64,000 bases of DNA from Neoconidiobolus thromboides FSU 785 (taxonomy: Eukaryota > Fungi > Entomophthoromycota), in the NCBI GenBank assembly GCA_025603075.1, contig MU626287.1, positions 1-64,000 on the forward strand, read 5' to 3'. Positions 39,770-53,162 of this stretch are shown here, piece by piece. Positions within the stretch are counted from its first letter, which is position 1; each line of letters begins with the position of its first letter. The notes below the pieces were generated by a model. The model searched no databases. It saw only the letters and a program-made list of their open reading frames with translations, and was not told the origin of the DNA. A program made the position numbers and the translations under genes.

Positions 39770-40679
39770 TAAAACTGTTTTGGACAGTCTTTTTGTAACT
39801 ATACTATCCTATCGTAAACAATTTTTTTACTGTTTTGATATAACAAAGTGTTAGATTTAATATTGTCATAAATATATATGAGTTCAATAGTTTTAAAATT
39901 TCAAAAAGTAAAGTTTGAATAAATTTAAATACGGTGTTTTTTGTTTTGATGTTTGTCAAATATTTCTTTAATTCCATGTTGTATAAAAAATGAGTAAAGC
40001 AGTAAAATACCAACCACAACCCTATAAATAAGTTGTAATATTTTATATTTCAATATAATAGCAGGTTTTTTCACTAAAGTATGCATTTTATTAAGGATAC
40101 ATACATGCAGCTTCTACTAAATTTCACTGTTTTGAAATCTTGAGAATACCCTGAATCTTTTTTTCGTTTTTAGCAACTATTTAATATAAGTGGTTTGAAA
40201 TAATCTCATGAAATTCAATAGTACATTCAAAAGGCACTATTAGTCCAAAAATTAGAACTTTATTTTAAAATAGAGCTAAATCTATTAACTCTAATCATTA
40301 AACCATCATCCCTTCACTCACAAGGTCAATTGCAGATAAACTATCGAAAAAAACTGGAATTGGCTATTCAATTAATTCATCTCCCACGGCAAAAGACGTC
40401 ATTCCAGCTTAAAATAGGTCGTTGTTTTAAGCTTGGATTACCAAATTAGTAAATATTAAGTGTAATGAATTAATATTAACTGACACAAGATTAAGGTAAG
40501 GAAAAAGTAGTGTTTTTAAATTTTGCTTTTTTATTTGTTTTATCAAAAAAATTAATAGATTCAATTATAAAAAATAAAATAACAATCATAATAAATAATA
40601 AAGTTAATAGCAGGAATAATTTTCAACTTCAAGTATAACAACAAAAAAGTCCAAAGACAACCCAACAAACTCATAAAAT

Positions 40680-42689
40680 ATGTCTTTCCCTTCTCTCAAC
40701 ACATTATTAAATACCAAGCCTGAGATAGGAGTTACGGAGGTAACTATCGAATCATTTGCAAGCTCGGATAAATCATTAAAAACTGAAGAGACACCGTTAT
40801 TATCAGGAGGTAGTCCCAACTCTTTTTTAACCAATACTCCAAGGTTACTAGATGAAAAAATAGATAAAAAATTGCATCGACGTTCTCAATCGGATAATTC
40901 ATTAGGTAATAGTGTAAAAATGAGTAATGGTTCACCCCTAAAATCACCAAGTGCGCTGGAAGCGGTAAGATTGTTGGCAAAGACGCATACGAGCGAAAAG
41001 AGAAGTGAAAGTCCAAGTGGGGGTAATGGATTTAAAATTTCAAATTTGTTTTGGAGCTTGGAAGACCCATTACCAAAAACAAGTAAGCTTATGATTAAAA
41101 TTAAGTTGTATTTTTTTTATAAATTTTAGGTAATAGTTATTCAAGTTCTGTTTTATTTTCGGGTTGGAACAATAGTTATGAGTCGTCAGCAAAGGTGGGC
41201 GGTAAGGTATTTAAAATACCTTTAAGTCAAGCGGTAGAAAATTCGATGGTTAATAAAGAAGTTCCTTTACCTGCCGTGGTTATTAGGTGTATTGAATACC
41301 TCGATAATGAAGGTAGCTTTTATTTATTTAATTTAGTAATCTATATTAAACAACAAAAATAACAATGTAGGACTAAATGAGGTTGGATTATATAGAATAC
41401 CAGGCAGTACTAGTTTAGTCGGACAACTAAAAGCGAAGTTTGATAGTGGACAAGATTGTTTATTAAATGAAGACTCACCAGACCCACATGCAGTAGCTAC
41501 TTTATTTAAGTTGTTTTTAAGGGAGTTACCAGAGACCATATTAACTAAAAAAGCTTTAACGCAAACTAATCATTTTTTAGCAAGTACAAACGTAATAGAC
41601 TCCTCAGAAAAACCATTGATACCCAGTCACATCGATAACCGTGGGATCCATTTAGCTGAACAAATTAAATTATTATTACAGGATATACCAAATGCCAATT
41701 ATTATTTATTACATTGGACTTTTAGGCATTTAAGTAGAATTGTGCAGAATAGTTCGATTAATAAAATGAATTTATCGAATTTGGGAGTCATATTTTGTCC
41801 CACTTTAGCTATTACTTCGAAATTATTTCGTATCTTAGTGGAATATAATGAGCTCATATTCCCCCTACCAAGGCCGCCTTTCGACCAAAGTAGTAAAAAG
41901 CCATCACCAAGGCCATATTCTATTTCAAGTGTACAAACGAATAATTCAACAGATAAAAGTTCGAATCAATCTTCTATCAATTCATTATCAAATTTATTAA
42001 AGTTAAAACAATTGGACTGTAAATATAAATCATCACCTTTAAAAACAGATAATAATAAAATTGAAACAAAAGAAAAAGAAAATAAAAATACATTATTGTT
42101 TGAAAATCTAGCTGCATTAAGTGAGATGTTAAAGTTTGGACCTGGAAAAACAGAGGACAAAGATAACTCAATTAATGGTTCTCAAAGAAGTCGAAATTCC
42201 ATTATATCATATCAATCTAGTCCAAGGGTAAGACGATCACAATCTATTGATTCTCCAAGGATTTCTATTATTGATGATAATAATGACAGTAGTAATGATC
42301 TACCCTCCTCTTTATTTGTTCAACCTGAAAAAGAATATGAAACTAAACCAAAAGTAATGACGGAAAAGGATAGAAAAAATAGCTCGCCTGGTATATTGCA
42401 TTTGGATTATTATGATGGTCACGGTATTGCTCAAGCGTTGTTAAATATGAAGACTAGGAGAAATCAAAGTAGTATTAATAGGCAGCCTATTCAAAAGAGT
42501 AATTTTAATTTATTAAAACAACAAGAACTAAAGGGATCGAATGCTGAAAATGGTGCTGGACTAAAGAAATCAGAGTCACCTGTATCTTCCCCGAATATAT
42601 CACACCCGTTCAAGTTAGCTACTGAGGATGAAATTTTAAAGTCAAAAGCGTTGCTTAAAAAAGTGGATAAAGAGGATACCGGAGAGTAA
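40680..42689 (+). CDS. RhoGAP domain protein
   Basis: VF..PL..AV...P.VVIRCIEYL / GLYRIPGS (arginine finger) / DPHAVATLFKLFLRELPE / NKMNLSNLGVIFCPTL; 2 or more introns. Confidence 0.9.
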
Positions 42690-43123
42690 AGGATTGCTTT
42701 GTAGGGGGATTAGAAAGTATATCGGGAATTTTTTTGTTATGTCATTTTGTCCTTTTTAAAGCAATGTTGAATTTAAAGAAATTATTAAATACCAAAACAA
42801 CAAAAAGTGGTACTATATAGTAAAGTGAATGGATTATTTATTTACGGATAAGGATGGTATGGCTGTAGGGTATGATAAGAATTTAAGGAGTTACTTTCCT
42901 TTTTAATAATAAAAATGAAGCTCCTAATTTATTTTTAATGAAGTAGTGCTTAGGTTGTAATCCTTTTCTAATTTATATTGCGTGGATTATTTTCTACTTG
43001 TATTATGTAGATTTAAATGTATTTGATTTATATGATTTGTTATATTATGTTATAAAATTTAGATTAGGTTTTAAATTTGATTTGTCATAGCCAATTTATA
43101 AGGTGAAGTTTGATTTGATATAT

Positions 43124-43220
43124 GGGGATGTCTTTTTTTGTTTAACAATTTTATTAACAATTTTTCCACTCAGATAGTGCTTAAAATATGGAAAAAGTAA
43201 TGAAACTACAAAACATCCTT
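43124..43220 (+). mobile_element. ~98-bp MITE copy
   Basis: GGGGATGT...ACATCCTT; flanks ATAT/ATTG. Confidence 0.8.
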
Positions 43221-43877
43221 ATTGTACACTTGTAATATTAAAGATCTGAAACCTAAAATTTAAAGTTAATAAAAAATCATAATGTTAATGGACTGCGGTA
43301 TAAATAGTTACTAAATTTTATTAAGTGACAATAACTCAATGACCAACGTCAAAGACCCACTTAATTTCAGATAACAAATAGTACATTTTCAAACATGCTA
43401 TTTAAAAATATTTTATATTAGTGTAAATAAAGTCTGAAAGATTAGAGGATAGAAAGCAAAAATAAAATAGATTAGCCACTAAAATTTCAAAAATTAATAA
43501 ACTCATGTTTTAAAGTTTAATAAATCTAATAGATTAATTTAAAACTTTTTTAATAAAAAGAATATAATAAATCAAAAAATGAGACTAAAAATATGCAATA
43601 TAAAATTTATTCTCATTTACTATATTCGGTAATCGTTGCTATTTTATTTAAAATGACTAATTTAAATTAAAGCAAGAGATAAAGTCAAAAGAATACAATT
43701 AAACTAAACCAAACTAAACCAAACTAAACTAGTATGCCTATTTATTCACACAAACCCAATCTACTTTTAAATAGAAAAGAATAGGATTTACATTGGTCAA
43801 CACCGTTGAGCTAAACATTCCCATCACTCCAAAATTCTTTAACATAGAACAACTTCAAAAACTTTATAACCTTCTAA

Positions 43878-44894
43878 TTAACTCGTTTTGGAAAGCAATT
43901 TCCTAATAGCATTACCAGTATAAATAAATCCTACTTCAAAGCCTCTTAAAATACTGGGATTTTTCAAAATAATTGTAATCAACACATAAAACTTGGCAAT
44001 TGAATAAAGGATAGCGTATGCATATTGAAATTGGATAGGAGACACTTGAGAGGTAGTGAGTTCATAAATAGGTAACGAAATAAAGAATAAACCAGTTAAA
44101 AAATACACTATAGTAACAGGGATATATTTAATCAAAACATCTTTTGGTGTAATTGGAGCCGTTGGGACTGTTGTATATCTTTTCTCATTGATATGAGGAT
44201 CCATGTCGTTTGGTTCTACAGGTTCTATAGAAGCTTCTGATCTTAAAACTTTTAAATTATATAACATTGGTGAATAAAATGGTAAATTTTCTTTCTTGTC
44301 AAAACGTGCCATTTTAAAGTAAGTGGATACAGTGATATAAATATGTAATATACCAGCTGCTAATTGGGATACTATGAGTAATATGGTTGATAATATAGAA
44401 ATCACTTCTTTACTATTATAACTAGTAGTACATTGTAGCTTAGAGTCTCTTAATTGAAATTGATTCATTGCGGATTGTATAGTACTAATTAGACATATAA
44501 TAGTGAAATGGAGAAAGATAACTATAGACCAATTTTTGACGTTAGGTTTACGATCTAGCACAACCGTTTCATAAAAGTAAGCGTAACGAAATATAACAGC
44601 ACCTGGGAATAAAGTGACAGCTAAATTAAGTAGGAAACCCATAGCTTGACATAAGGATGGTGGAATCCTATTATCCATAGTAGAAACCCATTTTAAATTT
44701 AATGTTAAAGTGGAGACATCATAAAACAATAATACAAAACATAGTTGAATAAGTAAGAAAGTGGCCAATCGAGAGTTGATCCTGATATCCGAGATAGATA
44801 AACTTAAAATCAATACATTAATTATAATAGAAAATACAGCAGATATTGAAATTAATATAGCAAAAGCGTAGCCTAATAAGTCCTCACTGGACAT
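43878..44894 (-). CDS. Intronless 7-TM receptor-like protein (class A GPCR-like)
   Basis: Seven hydrophobic segments; Cys at the start of TM3 (LCQAMGF) and in ECL2 (LQCTT); FRY at the DRY position; long third cytoplasmic loop. Confidence 0.6.
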   Translation of the reverse strand: MSSEDLLGYAFAILISISAVFSIIINVLILSLSISDIRINSRLATFLLIQLCFVLLFYDVSTLTLNLKWVSTMDNRIPPSLCQAMGFLLNLAVTLFPGAVIFRYAYFYETVVLDRKPNVKNWSIVIFLHFTIICLISTIQSAMNQFQLRDSKLQCTTSYNSKEVISILSTILLIVSQLAAGILHIYITVSTYFKMARFDKKENLPFYSPMLYNLKVLRSEASIEPVEPNDMDPHINEKRYTTVPTAPITPKDVLIKYIPVTIVYFLTGLFFISLPIYELTTSQVSPIQFQYAYAILYSIAKFYVLITIILKNPSILRGFEVGFIYTGNAIRKLLSKTS

Positions 44895-47704
44895 TTTAGA
44901 ATATTATGTTGGAAAAAGAGATTAAATTGATAGAAAAAGGTAGCTTGTTAATAAGATTAAATTTTAGCTATATTTGGTTTTCTTTAGTGAATTTCTTTTG
45001 CATAAAAAGCTAGGCTTGCTAGTCTATTCTTGTAAAAAACCACTAAATTATCGGTAGATTCAAAGTTTAATGCTTTGCTTTGAAATATGTTTTGAGTGGA
45101 AAAAAGAACGAAAATCCCTATTAATGTAAAAGCTAGATTCTCATTGATTTATAATTTCATTTTATAGTTAATATATAATAAAGAATTAAAGAGTACTATG
45201 AAAAAAACGCAATAAATTGACTTATTTTATTCGAAACTTCTAAAGATATTGAACCATATCTTTTTTTCATTATGATGAATAACTAGTTCATTCCAAGAAC
45301 AAAACACCTTATTTTAATAAAAACTTGAAAATTTAATAGTTTGATCAAGCTTCTATTTTGCTTAAATAGACAAATTACTTATTATAGTTAATATTAAACA
45401 TGAGTGATTAATCGAAGTGATTATACCTGTTAATTTTTATTTTTGAACTCTATTTAAATTATTTTTTAACCCTCATTTTTTTGTATTTCATTATTATTAT
45501 GGTGCTTTTATTATGGTTTGTTCTTCTACTACATAATCACTATCATACAACAACAAACGAATTTCTGCATAGTTCTATTTGTATAACAATTTAGTGATAC
45601 TTTATTTTATTTGTTTTAAAAAAAGGCTCTCCTAAATTTCAATAAAAATATTTTTTATAAAAAATCATGCAATTTACTATGATTGAATAAAATGAGTATT
45701 TTGATTGCTTACTATTTAAAAAAAATTGTTCGTGACTTGAAATTCCATTTTCTTAATGTAGAAGATTCTATTTAAGGATATTAACAACCAATAATTTCTA
45801 AATCAAATTGCGTTTAGACTTTTGAAATATTAAGCAATAAATGCAATGTGTAATAAGCTGATAAAATAATGATATAAAGTTGTAGTTTTAGTATGCAACT
45901 TTGAATCTGCTGTGTAATTCGGTGTGTATTTAACTGACGTTTGGATTCTTTATTTCATCTATTAAAATATCGGTTTATGATTATTAAAGAAAGTTGTAAA
46001 TAATTTATCTTTTTAACAAGTTAGAAATTCTTGAATAAATTGAATTATTGAAAGCATGGTAGTTATATTTCATTATTTTTACTATTATATCCAAAATTGA
46101 ATTGCATTTAAACTATTAAATATTAAACTACAAATGTAAACTAAAGAGTTGAAGAATATGATATAATAATAGTAATCCCCTATGTTTAATAAAGTTCATT
46201 AAACTAAGTTTACGTTTAATACACATATCTTTTCCTTTGATTTACTAATATTAAATGAAAGTATGGTTATACAATAAGGGTTATGAATAAATAGTATTTT
46301 TCTAGTAGTTTAAAACTATGGGTGATTTGTACTCATTGAAAATGTGGTTTATCGGCTTTTGGATGTCTTATGTTATATCTCTTGAAATTTAATTTTATCT
46401 CAATGCCAAGAGGAGTACCATATGATCTTGTAAAACAATAATAAAAGCACCTTATACTTAAGCTTTGTTCTAGTATTTACTTTGAAAAAGGTGTGTTAGG
46501 CTGTGAGCTTAATAACATAGTTAAAAATATGCTTTTTTATGTAGTTTGAAGGCTAGGGGTCCCAAGTATCTTGGTTTTAAAAGTAGAATAAAAAATAAAA
46601 AAGTGAAAAAATGAGTTTAAAGTAAACTATTAGAGTATAGGCTTGAGTCACATATACCAAATCAGAATTACTTTCTTTTTTTATAGGACATTGTATTCTA
46701 TAACTTTTACATTCATTTTAACTAAATTAGCCCGAGTTGAAAAAGATTGAGAAAGTTTCTGGGCTAAGGTCAGCTTTATTATTTTCTAAAACATTAGTAT
46801 AATAAAAAAGTTTATAACCCTATTAACATTCATTTTCAATAATAATTTAGAATGTATTATTATTAAAATAAAATAAAACAACTCAAATTGTTAAATAAAT
46901 AAATAAATAAATAATTTTTTTCGAAATATATGTTATCCTTGGTCTTATTAGTTTTTTAAGCTTGTATTTAACATGTTAGTTTTTTTTAAAAACAATTATC
47001 TAATCAATATAACTATTTAACTAATACAGCTATTCAAACATCTAAAAGTTTTAATATAATAATAATTATTTTTAAGAGTTTATTTACAAACTCACTTACT
47101 AAAATCTTTCTATAATATAGAGTCATTTGAAAGCTTAGAGTTAATTGTTATAACAGATTGTAGTTTGATATGTTTTATTATTATTAGTTTGCAGTCAGTA
47201 TTTTTTTATATGAATTAATAGCTATAGCTTTTATGATATCCTTGAATTTGTATAAAAAATAGTAGTTATAAATTTTAAATATATCTAGCTAGAACTTGTT
47301 CTACCAATTAAAAACTTTTGATTAAATTCAAGTTACTGAAAGTATACATTGCTAAACTGTCATTTTTATTACTCTAAAATGGAATGGTGCTTTTACTTTT
47401 TTATATATTTATTTTAACTACATATGCAAATGCAATAAAATTGCGGAATACTAAACAATAATAGTAATTTACTATATTTAATAAAAGCTCATTAGACTCA
47501 GCTCATGTTTAATACACACAACTATTCTTTAAGCTTATTAATATTAAATGAAACTATAGTTTACATTAATGGTTATAAATAACATTTTTAGTAGTTTAAA
47601 GTTTTGTAGCTGATTTATATTTGTTAAGGATAATAATTTTTCGGGTTTTAATAGCATTATTGTTTTGTTTTGAGATTTAATCTTATCTCAATATTAATTA
47701 AAGT

Positions 47705-47799
47705 AGAAATGTCTTTTTTTGTTTAAGAAATCCATTGTGTTTTTCCATTAAAAAGCATTTAAAAATGGAGAAAATAATATAATCAAAAGAGACATCCCC
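47705..47799 (+). mobile_element. Degenerate MITE copy
   Basis: Right end ACATCCCC-ATAT intact; left end decayed. Confidence 0.65.
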
Positions 47800-48161
47800 A
47801 TATGGTTTAGAGCTATAATAAATTTATCTCGATTTCTAAGCTCTAATCATATGTTTATTTGAGGCAAAAAGTGGTGTTAAGTAGATATTTAATATTAGAG
47901 TCAAAGGTTTGGTATAGTTTTTGATATTGATTGTATTAATAATAATTTCAAACAAGTTATCTAAAAAATAAAATAAAACTATTCGAATTTTCAAATAAAT
48001 ACGCTTTTTAAAATAGTTAATTTTTCATACTAGCTTTGACTATATTAATTTATTAGCTTATTACATAATTTTATTGAATTTATATTTAAATTTACTAGCT
48101 TTTATTTAAAAATTAAAAAAACAGTTATTTAGTTTATAAAATATTTCTATAAACTTTTGAA

Positions 48162-49480
48162 TGTCATTAACAACATCCCTCTCAACTTAGTAAAACTATT
48201 ATTCTAGATACTATAACTTAGATCATTCACTTCGATCTGACTTAATATTGGTCTCAGTTTACTAATTACTTGAATAAGTTTGTACAAGGCTGAATTTAAA
48301 ACAGTCAATCCCGTCTTATTCAGATCTAATCCAGGTACCCTAGAATTCGAGTGTCTTTATTCAATTGTGTAGTTAATTTTCTATTTGTTTACTCACTTCT
48401 CACGAACCACTTATCACCTTTAACTTGTAATCTCTTACTCTTCATTCCGCTCACTTATACTTTTAAAAGGGTTGAGTACTCCTAAATGTTTTATTATTGA
48501 GATTTTAAATATATGGAATACAATCATTTCAAACAGATACAATTTATGTAATTTTAATCATTTTTTATTTTAATTTTTCTATACTAATTATAAAGTTTAG
48601 TTATAAATTTTTTATTAAAAAGATAAAAAATCATCAAAAAGCGGCCATTTTGCCATTCACATGTGGAGTATATATTTACGAACTAGACGTATCTATACTA
48701 ACAGCAGCTCTTCCATTATTACCAGTAGAAGCCTCCTGTACCACTATCATAAAAAATCTTTGACTATTGTTCTTTTCAATTTAACCTTATAGCTCAGCTT
48801 TGAGACATTAACATTTCATTATTCTAATTCGATATGAACCCTTAATCTCTATTCTCTAGCTAACCTCAACTAATTAGGCCAATTTCCAGCTAGTTTGACT
48901 ACTCTTGTACAATTCATTTTTGTTGGTGCTAAACTTCTTGTCATCGTAACTGCATGGATTGAATAAATATTTGTTACTTTTACGTTTTCCCTCTCTTCTT
49001 CTCTTGCTATATCATTTTTACTAAGGAAATTTCCTACTTAATCTTTAAATTCAAATTAGAAGCACATTTGAAGCTAAAGCTTTGGTCGACATTGTCCCTA
49101 ATTGTTCTCCCTTACCTTTTTCTTCTTCCGTTAATCTCTAACTTAAAGAGCTTTTTCTTTTTATTTCTCTTTTAAACTAATAAAAAACCTATCTTATATT
49201 ATCCTCCATTAAATACTTCAATACATTACCTCATTGTATAGTAAACTAACGTCTTATTTGAATGTTGATCAAATTAAAATTTCTTTTCCCTTGATAATAT
49301 GAATTTGTTCCTTAATGAACTTGATTCTTTCTAATCCTAGAATAATAACTCTTTTTTCCTTTTTACCTTATAACTTGCTTTTAATTTGACTATCTTGCAT
49401 AATCAAATCCACTAACTTTGATAAAAAATAGCTTTCTTTGATTTTATCTTCCTTAGGTAATTCACACTTGTACCACTACT
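48162..49480 (-). mobile_element. Heavily decayed LTR-retrotransposon remnant (pol fragments plus LTR-like segment)
   Basis: Stop-riddled frames with RNase H-like (VIILGLER..I..KGKEILI) and integrase-like (YDSGTGGF...YTPHVNG) words; TGT...ACA segment ~48540-48162 carrying AATAAA on the same strand. Confidence 0.35.
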
Positions 49481-49650
49481 ATTTAAATAAATTAAATATT
49501 CAAAATTTCAATAAAATTCAACTGAAATAATTATTTATAAAATAAAAACAAAATAAAATAAAATTCAAATGACTTACAATTAATTAAAACTTCATAACTT
49601 AATTATATTAAATAATTTTTTATTCTTCTTTACTTTACTTTTACTTTTAT

Positions 49651-52282
49651 TTAAATTGAATCTAATGCCTTTAATAAATCTGTTTGAAACCCAACCAACT
49701 TATTTTTCTCAGATTGATGAGAACCAAGATAATATATCACATTACCTAAAGGTCTTAAGAAATAGCCATCGTTCACTTTATTAATATGCTCAATAACTTG
49801 TTTAGCTAAATTCGAAGCATAATTTCTATTTTCTGTTTTTAAATAAACTGCTAATAAAGAACCGATTGATATCACTCCGTCTACTTTTTCATGCTTAGAA
49901 ATTTCACATGTTAATGTAGTATCATATAAATCCGTAATAAATGTGCTATTATTATTATTGTTGTTGTTATTATTTTCATCTTGTCTACCAAATAATTTTT
50001 CATATTCTTTTAAACTAGCTAATGCAGCTTGACAACCAATTGGATAAGCAGTATAGGAATGGCCATGTAATAAAGAATCAATTTTATCTTCAGATAAGAA
50101 TGCATTATAAACTTTATCATTAGCTAAGGTTACTGATAATGGTAAATTACCCCCAGTTAGTGCTTTTGAAAAGATAGATATATCTGGTTGAATATTTAAC
50201 AATTGGGTTGCTGACATTTTAGATAACCTATAAAACCCTGTAAAGACTTCATCTATGATAATGAGTTTGTTTTCATGTTGTAATTTATTAATTAATAATC
50301 GTTGGAATAATGGATCAACTAATATCATACCGCCTGCTCCCATAATAACTGGTTCAATTAATAAAGCGGCTATTTCTTTTTTATTAGGAATATTATTATA
50401 TTGCTCATTTATATAGTTATTATATATTTGATATAATTCATCCTCTTCATTCATTCGTTGATTTAAATTAAATAAACTATTTAACAAATTATCTTTTGTA
50501 TTATTATTATCATTGTTATTTTCAATAACGTATTCCTTATTATTCCATTCTAACTTGACTACAATTTGGTTATTTTTAATCTTAACATTAGGACTATCCA
50601 ACCATACCCCTTTACCTGAATACCAATCTACTTTTTTATTATAAACGCTAGGATTTGATGCATCCATAGCACCAATAGTATCACCGTGATACCCTCCTTT
50701 TAAACCAATAACAATCAATTTATCAACATCTTTCTCCTTTAATTGGTTAATCTTCTTATAGCTTGTCAATGCCATTTTAATTGCTACTTCAATACCAGTT
50801 GAGCCATTATCTGAAAAAAATACCTTATTAGCCCATCCTTTACCAACAGTAGATAATAATTTGTGACTCAAATCATAAGCTGGCTCATGGATATTTTCTG
50901 GAAATAATAAATGACCATATTTACTATTGGCATATACCATTTCCATACCAATTTTATAATTCCCATGACCTAAACCTTGGGTCCACCATGAGGCATTAGA
51001 ATCCTGTTTTTTACTTAAACTGTTATCTTCTGAGTTATGAAATTTGATATCATCTTTATACGCAGATTCTATTACCCCAATCGATTTTAATGTTTGATGT
51101 TGAGTAAATGGCCACCAAATAATATCTTTACTTTTATCTTTCATTTCATTTAGTTTGGCATATCTAATATTAATTACAATAAATAAAATAAATTAACTTA
51201 ATACTATAAACTTACTTTTTTTCATAATATTCCATCAACTTTTGATTAATGTTTACAAAACTATCTTCATTTTTTATAAAATAATTCTCCAAATTTTTTT
51301 CATCTTTAATCTTATCTTCTAACATACTTGGTGGTTTTTCAATTGAATGAACTTGAATTCCTTCTTTATTAAAGTATTGTTTTAAGTATTCATCATTTTC
51401 ATATTTAACATCTTGAAACAAACAACATTGAATTACGTCATACCCTCGAATTTTTAAACTTTCATAACTACTAATAGTAGTACTAATTCCACCAAGACGA
51501 CTATCACCAATCAAAATTACTGGGTAACGTAAGGAGCGATATAAATCAGCTTGTAAACCACCTAACAAGAATTGAATTAATTGTTCTACTTTATTACTTT
51601 TGTTTATAAATAATTAATAATTACCTGATAAAGTAGGAGATAATACACCTAAAATAAAGTAATTTTAAATTAATTTTAAATTAACTATTAAAAATATATA
51701 GTTTTTTACCACCTGCAGATTCAATAAACAAAGTAGCTAAATTATTATCTAATTTTTTATTATAACTGTTAATATTTAATTCAATTTCTTGTAATACTTC
51801 TTCATCTTCAACTATTCTATCTCGTGCTAAATGTGGACTCACTGCATTTGGATATTTAAATAATGTTTTGCCAGTAAGTAATGGATTATTTCTATTATAT
51901 TTCAATATATGTCTATAAATAAAATATTAAAAATTAAAATAATAAATAATAAATAATAAATAATAAATAATAAATAATAAATAATAAATAATAAATAATA
52001 AATAATAAATAATAAATAATAAATAATAAATCTTATTAGCACCTCAATAATATATTTGATCAATTATATAAACATAAAAATCTAATAATTATAATGTTTA
52101 ATTTACCTGGTATCTGAATCTTCTGGATATCCAGTTTGTACTGGTTTTAAATAAAGAACAGGTTGATTTAATTTTAATGCTCCTCGTACTAATAAATTAC
52201 TAAATATTGTTTTTCCAACTTCAGTATTATTAGATAAGATTAAATATTTATTTAATCGTTTGTTAAGTAAATTATTTAACAT
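49651..52282 (-). CDS. BIO3-BIO1: Bifunctional dethiobiotin synthetase / 7,8-diaminopelargonate aminotransferase
   Basis: NTEVGKT P-loop, YLKPVQTG, FIESAGGV, LGGISTT; ASWWTQG, GYHGDT, DEVFTG, SKALTGG (PLP Lys), HGHSYTA; 4 introns. Confidence 0.93.
51937..52031. repeat. (AAATAAT)13 heptamer tandem repeat in intron 1 of BIO3-BIO1
   Basis: About 13.5 perfect units. Confidence 0.95.
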
Positions 52283-53162
52283 GGCTGTGATAAATGCGAG
52301 AAGAGAAAGCTGAAAAAGTGAAAAGAAGAGAAAGTGAAGATGAATGATGTTTTATTTTCGATTTTTAATTTTTGATTTTTTAGCAAACTACTTTAGTTGG
52401 AAGTTTTTGATTGGTGAATACACGCCTTTATCTAAATTTCTTCAAAGAAAATAATATCTGTGTTTTATTGGTAGAGTTTTTGATTAATAGTTTAAATATC
52501 AAAATAAAATAGCCTTATTTTATTTTCTATTAGTTTGATAAGTTAATCAAATTTAGATGTACATAATATTTAATTTAGTTAAAGGGATACAAAATCCTTA
52601 GTTTATTACTGAAAAATTTAATCAATATGATATGTTAAAATTCAAGTATTTAATATTATAATGTGAATTTTTTGACTAGCATTGATTCTGGAATAAAAAT
52701 GCTCTAGTTTATCCCAAAATTAAAATTATAATACTTAAATTTTACATTCTTTAAAAATACTTGTTTTGAGCTATTTCAAAATTAGTAATAAGTTACTGCT
52801 ATTTACATATTTATATGTTGGAATTGACATAAATAACATGTAGCAAACTATCCGATAAGATAAGTTAATGAAGCCTATCACGATACAACATTAAACGTCA
52901 AGTGATACAATTCTTAAATTATTGTTATGATTTAATTTAACTCAATGTCTTCATAAAGTATATGCTAAAAGTTTGATATTGGAATATTGTTCTAAATTTC
53001 ATGGATTTAAATTCCATTTACGTCACATTATTTGGCTATTTTTAATTTTCCATTGTAAAAAAATGGCTAAATTTTCCCACCCTAAAAAAAGAATTATAAA
53101 AAGCAACAATCAAGAACATAAAATGTAAAAAAAAAAATACAAATATTAGCTTTCAAAACAAA

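Noticed and set aside
39804-40019. Short hydrophobic ORFs here and at 4879-5079 and 13705-13911
   Set aside because: Low-complexity AT-rich frames with no motifs or splice support.
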